Shown in pieces: positions 1-10,700 of a DNA stretch of 64,000 bases (position 1 is its first letter; every line of letters starts with the position of its first letter). The notes under the pieces are model-generated. The model ran no database searches, was not told the origin of the DNA, and saw nothing but the letters and a program-made list of their open reading frames with translations. The DNA is from Antedon mediterranea (taxonomy: Eukaryota > Animalia > Echinodermata): contig NC_092673.1 in NCBI RefSeq assembly GCF_964355755.1, positions 23,619,648-23,683,647 on the forward strand. The letters are read 5' to 3'. The translations under genes were made by a program, and so were the position numbers.

Positions 1-250
1 ACCGCCCTTCACACCTCTCACTTGATCTCACAAACTCATTAAAGGATGATGGACAGAGGCCATGCATTATTTTAAAACCTAATGTGAGTCTATACACTTT
101 ATATATATCTTCAATACTTAAAATATTTAGGGTCTTTAACCTATATAAATATGAAGTGTCCCAATTTCCTTCTTTGTATACGGTTTGGATGTCTTTAACG
201 GAACCATTCTCTTTCCTATACCTTATCATTAATACATTTTAATTGCGTAG

Positions 251-3200
251 GCCAAAGAACAAAAGAAATAGTATGTACTGTTGGAAACGATGGTGAGCAG
301 GTTCAAGATTCCTATTGCAATGGCCAATCACCTCCAATTCCAGTCACCGAAAGTTGCAACCTTGGTGATTGTGTCCAACCAGCAACCTACTATTGGGATA
401 CCAAAAACCAATTTACAGAATGTTCTGCAACATGTGGACAAGGTGTGTACAGGAAGTCATAATGTATTTAACTGAATACCTTTATTATGTATATGTATAT
501 ATGTTTGGCGCTGTCCTGTACTGCGACGCTTTTACAACTTTTGCTCCTCATTGCAGCAGCACATTAATTCATTATGTAGTTCCTGACTACAATGTATAGC
601 TACTGGGTTAGCTTAAATATCTATGATGGGCATTCAATTGTTTTTTTTACGATGTGACAATCAACATGTTTAATATGTTTTATTTCTAGGAACAAGAACA
701 AGAGTAGTAGTATGTACACGCAATGACGGCTCAGAAGTTGACGATTCTTTCTGCAATGGACAATCACGTCCAACAATCACTGAAAACTGTAACATCGCTG
801 ACTGCCCACAATGGTTTACTAAAAACCAGTTCACAGAATGCTCAGTAACTTGTGGACAAGGTAGGTTAAATTGCATCATTCAGCTCTGTCTACACTATCA
901 AACTAGTTTGACGAAAAAAGTGTGACACATTTTTGTGTCACATAAAGTTTATAGTATAGACAGAGCTTTATTGAAGGATTGAAGGAATAAAGTCATTCGG
1001 TAGACGGATATTGGCAAATTACATTAAAAATTGTATGGAAACGACCGGGACGGTTTAATGTCCCTGTAGTAGAAGTAGGGTATCAAACTAATAGCCCGTG
1101 TGGTCAAAGACAATTACAAGAGAAACTAAAAGAGCAGCTTCCTATTCATATACACACATACTACTAGCCCTATAGCAAATATATAGGGATTACATTTCGA
1201 GACGTTTACCTCTTTTAAATATAGATATTATTTTTGTGTACAGTTCACAATGCATAATTGTTCTACATAGTAATAGTATAACTGAAAATATTTGTCAAAT
1301 TCGGGAAATACGATACATTACTTAATTTGCAGGTACAAGATCCAAAATAATCGTGTGTTTGGGAAGCGACAACGTTGAAGTTCATGGAACAAATTGTAAT
1401 TCTCAACCACGTCCTACAGAAATTACCGAAGTCTGCAATGAAGCCGATTGTTCAAATTATCCTGGAATGTAAGTAATATAATTACGTTTTGTGCCGAATA
1501 ATTTCCTTTTAGATTAACACTCTGACGTTTGAACACACGGGACAAAGAGACACAACTCCCACATGGACGCAGCGCGACAACGTAGATGTTACACGTGTCG
1601 TGACTGATCAAGTTACTTGATGCGCTAATGTACATTGCGTGGAAGTTGTGTATTTTTAAAAGCACACTGTGTTTAAAAGATGCAGAAGTAACAATAAAAT
1701 ATTGTTTATGTCAGAACGCACAGAGGGTGAGAATTCGAATCGATTGATACCGCTCCCTCTGGTACAATAACCATTTCATAAACTAACATTCTATACTTTG
1801 TCTTTTATAGATTTTACGCTGGAAATTATGGCAGTTGTAGCAAAACGTGTGGTGGTGGAGTCCAAACTAGAGGATTATTTTGCGTGCAACAAATTAGTTT
1901 TACCTACAGTTTGGTGGATGAAAGTAACTGTGATCCGAATACCAAACCCATGCAACAGAGAAATTGTAATGAAGACCCGTGTACTAGTGACCAAGGCGTG
2001 TGGGTGATTGGTGAATGGTCCACGGTAAGAATATTTATAATTGCATTGGTTAAGATTGTTTTCCACTTGGACGCAACGCAAGGACCTCGACAAACGCAAG
2101 CGTGTTGACCGATAGCAAGCGACAGTTCGAATACTCCATTGCTTGCGATTGTTGCGCTACGTCGTTGTGTTGCGTCTCTAGTGGGAACCACGGATTACAA
2201 CGTATGATTCGTGGTGTATAAAACGTATTTTCATTTATTTTATAGTGTTCAAAGTCTTGTGGAGGAGGAGTTCGTTCTCGCACCGTTGATTGCAAACAAT
2301 CCATTACCAGCAACATATATTTTATAGAATCCGAATGTCCATCGGGTAAACCTTCCACTCAAGAGCAATGTAATATCGAGTCCTGTCCTACTCTCGCACC
2401 GTCTAACCCAGGTAAGGAAACTGTTTTATGCATGTGAATATGTAATATAGCAGTCCCTAAGCACTACTAAGATAAAAAATGACACAGACAAAATACATAT
2501 GTACAATAGCCTATACCGTACCGTAAAAACGAAACATTGACGTTCGATTGGATTTGCCGTCGCCGGACCGGAACCGTGCCGGAGCAGGTGTGAAAGGCCC
2601 TTTATGCATGTGAATATGTAATATAGCAGTCCCTAAGCACTACTGGTACGGTAGATAAAAAATGGCACAGACAAAATACATATGTACAATAGCCTTTACC
2701 GTACCGTAATATTTTTCTGAAAGTTAACGTTATACGGTGACATTCTTGATTTTAAAAACCACAGAAAACTTAGGCATACTTGGTGCAAATAAGACCGATT
2801 GTTTATACACATCTGTTTGCAACAGTCATAGGTCTTGTTTACGACTTGAATAATATATAATGTTCTAGAGTACAACGGCTTCCTTGACGTACACATCGTA
2901 GGCCTACACAAAAATACAAAAAAGCAAATTCCAATCAGGTTCAATATTTTGAACAATGTTGCGCTTACAGACAAACAGATTTGTTTGATGAAAGCTTGCT
3001 TATTTAATGTTCTCAATAGACATTGTTATTTACATATTTTTTTATCTTTAAATTTGTGATTAAGGTGGAATGTGTAACGTAGTATTGACCAATCAAAATG
3101 CAAGAATAGTTGTGGGTAACACGAATGGTGAATACTGCAACACGACGATTGTTGCACCAGTTGATCAGCGAATTGTTCTCACATTTGTAAAAGTTGATGT

Positions 3201-4632
3201 TGATTGTGCAAACGGTAGGTTTTGATTTATTTCATAGTAAGCAGTTTTGTTTGTTTTTCAATTTCTGAAATGTCCTCTTTAACATGATTACTTTTTAGGT
3301 AATTATGCATGTAAACTACATTATTATTTAGTATAGGCCTATCATTATCGTGTATAAATCCATAACCGTAGACACTTCTACACACAAACCAACTGATAAC
3401 TATAACTAACTAACTGTGGTATATTTTATAGGTGGTGATTTCATTGTTAAAGACGGTAGAAGCGGTTACAGAGTGTGTTCGGTACAAACAAACAGTGACT
3501 GGCCTCGTTCGAATACCAACGTCATGGAAATATCTGGCAAAACTCTGACAAACGCACACGGGTATGAGATATCATTCAGATTTGAAACAGTGAACTATCA
3601 AAATGATGGTAAGTTTAATATGAATTCATTTTATAAGATCTCCTGTTTAGGGACTACGATTGTAATAAAAGTCACTACCGTATTCATATGAATTTAGTAA
3701 TATCTTTTCAATCGTTTTGATTGTCTTTAATGATAATACAAGAAAATATATATATATATTATTTTAGATCTGATAACTATTCAGAAACCAACTTTTAGGC
3801 ATACCTTAATACTTAGTATTAGTGTTGTAGGCCTACATTCGCGGGCCCAACAAACCCAATGAATCAAGACAAACAACAAGATATCTGATAAAAGGTGTCA
3901 CATTTAATATTAATTAAACTAATTATTTTATCTTATTTATCAAAGGTTGCGATAGTGTTTATACCTCAGAGATTGGATCGTTATCCAGTCCAAATTATCC
4001 ATCTAACTACCCAGCAAATACGGATTGCTCTAACTACATTGTAGCGCCCCCTGGAAAACGCATTAGTATTTCATTTACGGCATTTGATATAGAATATCAC
4101 CCAAGATGCGGATACGATAATGTCAGGGTAAGTACATTTTATCTGGTGACTTCGATAAATAAATCCTTACAAATTTGGGAAATTTGAATTAGGCCCTATA
4201 TGGACCAACATCAGCCACACTATTGCCTACAATTGGTCACAGGAGCTGCATGCATCTTTACCAGCGGGTGGTGGTATCCCCTACTCCTTCGAAAGATGCA
4301 CTGGTATATTTTAAGTGCACAAGAGCTAGTGCACTGGACCTCCAGTATTAGTCAATCTGAGATGACGTTTTACCACCAGAACTATGATTGAGTAGTGCTT
4401 GAACCTGTGCCGATTTTATGGCGCCCTTGCCTTAACCGTTAGATTAAAAAATAATTATTGTTTATGAATTTTATTACAGATCAATGATTTTGAAGCTTAC
4501 TACACCGTTTATTACTGCAATTACCGTAATCCGTTCACGTGGGTGTCTACAACCAATAAGGTGCAAGTTCAATTTCATAGTGACCCAGCTTTAGAAAAAT
4601 CTGGATTCCTAGCCACCTATACATTTGTATAG
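251..4632 (+). CDS. 3' portion of a secreted thrombospondin type-1 repeat + two CUB domain protein (ADAMTS/ADAMTS-like, ADAMTS13-like C-terminus); 5' exons lie upstream of the window
   Basis: Phase-consistent AG/GT exons: 251-442, 690-860, 1333-1468, 1811-2024, 2246-2411 (TSP1 motifs FTECSATCGQGTRTRVVVC, YGSCSKTCGGGVQTR, WVIGEWSTCSKSCGGGVRSR), 3065-3214 and 3432-3608 (divergent CUB), 3946-4127 and 4480-4632 (canonical CUB: GSLSSPNYPSNYPANTDC...FDIEYHPRCGYD...VQFHSD...GFLATY, stop TAG). Confidence 0.88.
882..969. mobile_element. MITE family A copy (TIR AAAGCTCTGTCTACACTATCAAAC)
   Basis: agctctgtctacactatcaaact...agtttatagtatagacagagcttt inverted ends; same family recurs across the window. Confidence 0.75.
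2057..2190. mobile_element. Short MITE-like element with imperfect terminal inverted repeats
   Basis: tgttttccacttggacgcaacgcaaggac ... gtcgttgtgttgcgtctctagtgggaacca are reverse-complementary ends; intronic. Confidence 0.55.
2426..2708. repeat. ~100-bp direct duplication (about 2426-2525 and 2602-2708) flanking a short GC-richer spacer
   Basis: ttatgcatgtgaatatgtaatatagcagtccctaagcactact...gacaaaatacatatgtacaatagcct.taccgtaccgtaa occurs twice. Confidence 0.8.
4245..4440 (-). mobile_element. Degenerate SINE (related to the copy at about 41200-41380)
   Basis: Shares tttaagtgcaca.gagc...cactggacct and ...gaacct.tgccgat.ttat.tggc blocks with the 41.2-kb copy; resembles a tRNA-derived SINE body. 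Confidence 0.45.
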
Positions 4633-5252
4633 GTCATGCAAAGAGAGATTTACAGTATTTAAAAATATTTGCATATTCAGAATTTGACATTAGTATGAAA
4701 ACATGTTTGATGATAGTAAATCAAAACAAAGCTATACTATATTAATGTATTTGAAGTTATAGAACTGAACATAAGTTTTTACTGGACATTCACAGTCCCC
4801 ATACATTCAACGTTTTTTAAACGTTTGCAACTGTAATTTTGGTGGCGATCGCCTTCCATACAATCTGGAATTTATTGTGCTAATAGCCTGTGTAATACAA
4901 CTATATCTATAGGCTTTAAGCATCTACCTCAACTTTTTTTACAGTGAAGAGTAAGATTCACAATGACAGAATAATTAATTAACCTTAATATTAAGCAATA
5001 TTAACGTACCGTCTAATTATTTAATATTTTAATATTCTTTGTATTTATTTGAAAAGTTTGACTCGTATGCCCGAGCATATTTGTATTAATATTGTATAAA
5101 TATATATGTAAATTATTTAAGTTAATTTTTATAACAATTCTATTGAAAGGCTGGTCCTCGATTAGAATAAACTTCTTTAACATATTTTAGCCTACCTTGT
5201 GTTGAGTTAGTACTATGATTATTAATGAAGATTATGACGACGGTGACGACGA

Positions 5253-5305
5253 CGACGATGATGATGATGATGACGATGATGATGACGATGATGATGATGA
5301 TGACG
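5253..5305. repeat. (GAC/GAT)n trinucleotide microsatellite
   Basis: gacgacggtgacgacgacgacgatgatgatgatgatgacgatgatgatgacgatgatgatgatgatgacg. Confidence 0.9.
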
Positions 5306-6930
5306 AATAATGTGATATAATTAAGATGACTAATAGTCGTTATGAATAGATATGACGATGATAATTTAATGATTATGATAATAATCATGATGATAAAGAT
5401 TTATGGTACAGTAGTAAACCCATAAACTACACTTTCTCGACGACAGGATCGCTTTACACGTGGCATTTGAATCCTGTAATATATACGTCTGCATATTACT
5501 TGTGCAAGGCAATCAAGAGATCAAAAGGTTTCTGGCTGCGACATCGTTATGTCCACACCCAACATGACAACACACGCCGCGGAGGATTATGTACATAGCA
5601 TAGTACTGTTGGTATTTGTCCCAGCCAGAAATAAGATCAAAGGACTGTTCCAAGTTTCTATCTGGACATGTCAAGATAAGTGTCCTCTTTTTAGATTGCC
5701 TTCCTTAGTGGCAGCCCACTGTATCTAGATTACACAAGGAGTGTGACATGGTACTCCAAGCTAATTAAATGCGGTATGCTTTTATTTACAAATGTCTTGA
5801 GAGGGCGGAAAAACATCTTAATACAGCCGGTTTAATCGAATAACGGTGGTAAGCATTCTATCTGTCACCCTCATTGTGTCAACTCGTGATATTATTTCTC
5901 ATCAATCCACATAAGTTTAATAATAATCGTTTCGAACGTTATTCAAGTAAAGGACTAGATCAAACAATCAATGCAGTTTTAGTAAAGTAAGAATTGATTG
6001 GACGTTAGCTTTCCAGACCTGACTGTCCTGATTCCTATACGATAAGGTGAGGTATCAAATCCTATAAAAACGACCGGTGCATGATCCTTTCGCCCGCTAG
6101 TTAGGGGCCTATTTTGACCGACTGTTTAACTTATTATGGTACACCATCGTCTTTATTGAGTATTTCGGCCGCTATAAGTGTTACTCGCTGTTGTAATTAC
6201 CATAGTATTCATAAATACTACTGTATTCATGAATACTACTGTAAAGTTTACGCCGCCCTAAATATTCACGATTTTACTATTCCAACTATTTCGCGATCTT
6301 TTATTTTCGCGATTTTCTTGTTCTATAATTTGTCGACAATTAATGATTGAACTCTTGGCCAATTGTTATAAATGTTTGTTCAATTTTGTTAGGGTTTATT
6401 TTGTATCCCATTCCATTATCATTTTTATTGCATTTCTATATGTTTTTATTTTGTCGATGATTGAATAATAGATTGATTGAAATTGTCAAAGTATTTTGAA
6501 AGTCGCGAAAATATAGGACGAACGTAAATGTTGGTATTTTGCAAATCATAGAGATTAGAATGAAGGCTAATTTATATGCATACTAATCAAATGAGATGCG
6601 GATTGAACGAAATGTAAATGTCCTAAACTAAAATGATAAATGTTTAATGAAAATCAAAGTGGCCACGTTAGGTAGTGTTTAATTATGTATATTTGAAGTC
6701 ATAGGCCTATATTTAGAGATCATGTCTAAATTATTGTACTGCTGCTATTGTAGTAATATTGTACATGATTTTTTAGTAAGTTTGTTTCAGTGTATTTTTA
6801 AGATTTTCTATAGACAATGCAGTGAGTGACATTAATAATAATAATGTCGTCCCTTTTTTTTGGAGACTACTGTATTTAAGAAAATCAGACTTTCCATTGT
6901 TATAGAAAAATCTGCTAGCAAAATATCAAT

Positions 6931-7118
6931 TATAGAATGTATTATGGTATGATCATTTAAATTATCTAGTCTTCATTACAAAATGATGGAGATCTTGAGG
7001 TGATCTGATGCCGGTGTCTTTATTTATATACTTATATCTTTATACTTGTTTGTTCTTATATTGTAGCTTGTATTGAACGCGAATCCGAAATACAGGCACA
7101 ATTGAATTGAATTGAATT
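6931..7118 (+). mobile_element. LINE/SINE 3'-tail fragment ending in (GAATT)n; homologous to 25568-25733
   Basis: atagaatgtattatggtat.atcat.t.aat.atc.ag.ct.cat.acaaaatgatggag is shared by both copies, and each ends in a short tandem tail after tccgaaata. Confidence 0.55.
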
Positions 7119-7402
7119 AGGTTGATGCGAAATTCACTTTAACATGATTAGCCCAAAAACTTGCTAAATATTGCATAATCAGAGTAAAGAAAGTTTCTGC
7201 AGCAACAGCAGTACAATAATCTTGACATGGTCCCTTATAACTTGATTTAATCCGAATTCTTATACTCATCAACATCTTTATGGTGTAGTTTGTGAACATG
7301 ATGATGAAAATGGCCGACACGTACCATTATGTGAGAAAATTGTACCACAATGACGTACGGTATTTATTAAGATAATTTGTTTAATTTCAGGAACTAAATG
7401 TA

Positions 7403-7621
7403 ATGGAAAACACTCTACGAAGATTCTTGTTTATGATAGTTTTCTCATCGGTTTCTTGTACATTAACCACGACGACGACTCGCTATAAGGATGTACAACC
7501 TGTCTGCAATTATTCAGATCCAATTAACGGTAAATCAAAATTGTTGCGTTATAAATGCCAAATACGCGGCATATTAAACCGGTGTAAAATGAGACTCATA
7601 CATTACAATGTTACTGTTCTG

Positions 7622-7707
<86 letters not shown>

Positions 7708-10700
7708 TAAAATCCGCTACAAAAGATATTTTTCAAGAACCACCCATGATAGCTTACAGACGTGATCAAAGCATTAGAGACACTTTAGTTAAATCTAAAT
7801 TACAAAACAAAGGTAATGAATCAATTGGAACATTCAAATGTAATAGAAATAGATGTTCGACATGTAATTACGTTTCATGTTCAAACCAAATAGTAGGACC
7901 TTCTGGTAATTATGTGATCACAGATCGTATTACGTGCACCACTAGAAATCTAGTTTATTGTATTTCGTGTACTAAATGTAATATGCTTTATATTGGTGAA
8001 ACTAAACGCAGGTTAGGTGATAGGTTTGTAGAACATTTAAGGTCTATTAAACTAAAGACTCCCGGATTACCTGTAGCCACCCAATTTTGTAATAATGAGC
8101 ATTCCCTTTCGGATATTACTATTTCTGGTGTTAAAGTATGTAATGGTTCTGAGACATCTCGTAGAATTATAGAAGAAAGAATAATTGTAAAGCTTGGCAC
8201 TCTTGCCCCTACCGGCATAAATGTACAATTTAGATCCTTTAAACATTAATTTTGCCAGAGACATTCACATATTAACTATTATTTACACTTGAAGCTTTTG
8301 TCTTTGTTTTAAATTTCCTGCTTTATAAGCAACCATTCCTGCTTTGTACACCATAGCTTTTGGAGGCGTGCCTTTATAACTATGCCTTTTGTTTGTTAAC
8401 ATTTTTGATTGGTTGATTTGTTTTATTATGTAATTTTGTGACTTATATATGTTATCCTTTGTTACAATTCTTTTCACCTGATGATGGGCTATGCCCGAAA
8501 CATGTCGTTAAAATAAATCTATATTGAGGCAGTTTTAACTTATTTGATCTTGATTTTTTTATATATCCTGCCTATGCAGCTCTTTGATTTATATATATAT
8601 ATATAAATCAAAGAGCTGCATAGGCAGGATATAGAAAAAAATCAAGATCAAATAAGTTAAAACTGCCTCAATATAGATTTATTTTAACGACATGTTTCGG
8701 GCATAGCCCATCATCAGGTGAAAAGAATTTTTATATATATATATATATATATATTGTGCCAGTTCTGCGGTACATTTCATTTCGAAACCTGAGCTGCACT
8801 GACGAGATTAAGATCGAAACAGTACTGTCTGCAGATTGGATACATATATAATGAGCTATGCTCGACGCGATTATGAGATCATGTTCCGAATATGAGCACT
8901 GTTTTTATAATTTACAGTATGATTTATATATAATTTACACAGTGCTACGCAACATCATTGATTTATATATATATATATATATATATATAATCCAAAGGCA
9001 AATTACTGAAAAAAATGACAATGCTGTGGGTATCAGTGGCTGGATCTCAATGGAGATACAAAAATAAAAAGCGAAAAGCTAAATCAAAACGATAAAGCAA
9101 ACAGCCAGAAAAGTTAGCAGAGCTTTCGGGCAACACTAGCCCTTCATCATATATAATACTATAACGCTTGGTTATCATAAATCGTGTGCTCAAAAGGCTC
9201 TCAAATAGCTTTTTAAATAGATTTACAATAGATTCTCTGGGTTCATTTTGTCCCATGGTTTCCGCTCATTTTCCACTATAAATCCGAAAAAAAAAATCGC
9301 TTCTGAAAATATAATACTTTTCAGAGTTTCATAATTTACTATCATTATTTCTTTCATTATGTCATATTTATGTACTTGATGAATTCGATTCTTAGATTTG
9401 TTACTGTAACAAATAACTAATGACTTGAACATTATAATGATTTTATTACTTAAGTTGTGATTAGTAATGTACCGTTTACATAATCTTCGTAGAATTTTCA
9501 TTAAATAGTTGTAAGAATGAGAACATTCTACATTTATGTTGTGGATACTATCGATACTTATTATAATGTATGTAATGATAACCTGTAGCAACCCACGTCT
9601 TCTACAATTAGCAATAATATAACTATGTTACGACTGTTTTCACGGATGTACAGAATAATGCGTTAAGGTAATTTGCATAGAATTTCAACAACAATGTAAT
9701 AAAACGCTTACACTTATGTTTATATGGTATATATACACTAGCTTTGCCATTAAATTGAATGGATTATTATTTAATTATTTAACTTATTATATGTAGAACT
9801 TTAAATTTTCATATTGAAAACCTGCAGCACCTAACTAAATTTCTTTCTTAAATCTTCTTTCTAATTTCTTTTCTCATTTCTTTCTAACGTATAGAAACGT
9901 CCATTGCCTTTATTGGGCAACCATTTTCAAACTTGCATGTGGTGGACGTCGGCACTGAAGACCAGTTTTTATCGTGTTGCGCTGTAAATTTTGACCGAAT
10001 CGAATGGTACTACAACACTAAATTAATCAATGGAGCTCCTTTCACTCTATGGGAAAACAATCAGGTCCTGTCCATTCAATCTATCGCCGAATTAAGTGGA
10101 AATTACACATGCGTTGCAATTAGTAAGGCCGAAAAACTAGAGCATGTTGTGAAGTTACTTGTAGAACCGAAATGTAAGTAATTGATTGATATGAAAGTGT
10201 CCTATTTTATGCACGGTAAATTTCAAAATAGTAGTCTTTGTATCCGCCTATAGTTGTGTGGTTAATTTAGCTGTGAAATTAAGTTTAGAAATTGACAGTA
10301 TTCTGTAGAATCTAATGCTAATACCCTTTACCATTTTCATCATCCTTTATTGGTCATTATTGACAGTTTCAATAAAGCTAATTAATATGCTATTTTTTGT
10401 ACAGCTTCTGGAAAGCCTGTGCGCTTGCATAATGAACTTTGTACCAAGCAAAAGGCTAACACTGGCGATAATGTGACGTTCCACTGCGTCTTTTTGGTGT
10501 CGGACGACAATCTATGTACAGAATTTATATGGACCAAAAATGGTTCATATCTGCAAATAATCAATTCTTCTTTGGCAATCGGTTATACAACTTATGTCGT
10601 GGATAATGATGCCTGTACAGAAGGGTTCGTTATTGTTAATATTATTATGATAATACGCTAGCAAATACCGTACAACATTTCACGTATATGGACTAATATA

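Larger units (their letters stand above)
7703..8729 (+). mobile_element. 5'-truncated Penelope-like retroelement (Neptune-type): RT-EN linker + GIY-YIG endonuclease, 3' pLTR and inverted pLTR copy
   Basis: ORF ending at 8249: PMIAYRR..SIRDTLVKS, CNRNRCSTC Cys cluster, NLVYCISC.KC..LYIGETKRRL.DRFVEH, ...LGTLAPTGIN. No RT. Followed by a 125-bp inverted repeat (8466-8590 / 8605-8729). Confidence 0.9.

Noticed and set aside
5140-5388. Hydrophobic poly-Ile ORF on the minus strand
   Set aside because: Translation of the (GAT/GAC)n microsatellite.
7608-7702. N-terminal (IY)n extension of the 213-aa ORF, and ORF 7403-7765 read-through
   Set aside because: These are translations of the (TA)n microsatellite and intron. 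The real coding parts are the RTK signal exon (to 7529) and the PLE fragment from about 7703.
8845-8962. Segment between TA tracts with a ttatgagatcatgttccgaa motif, possibly a fourth degenerate hammerhead
   Set aside because: Core nucleotides are not intact; cannot be supported.
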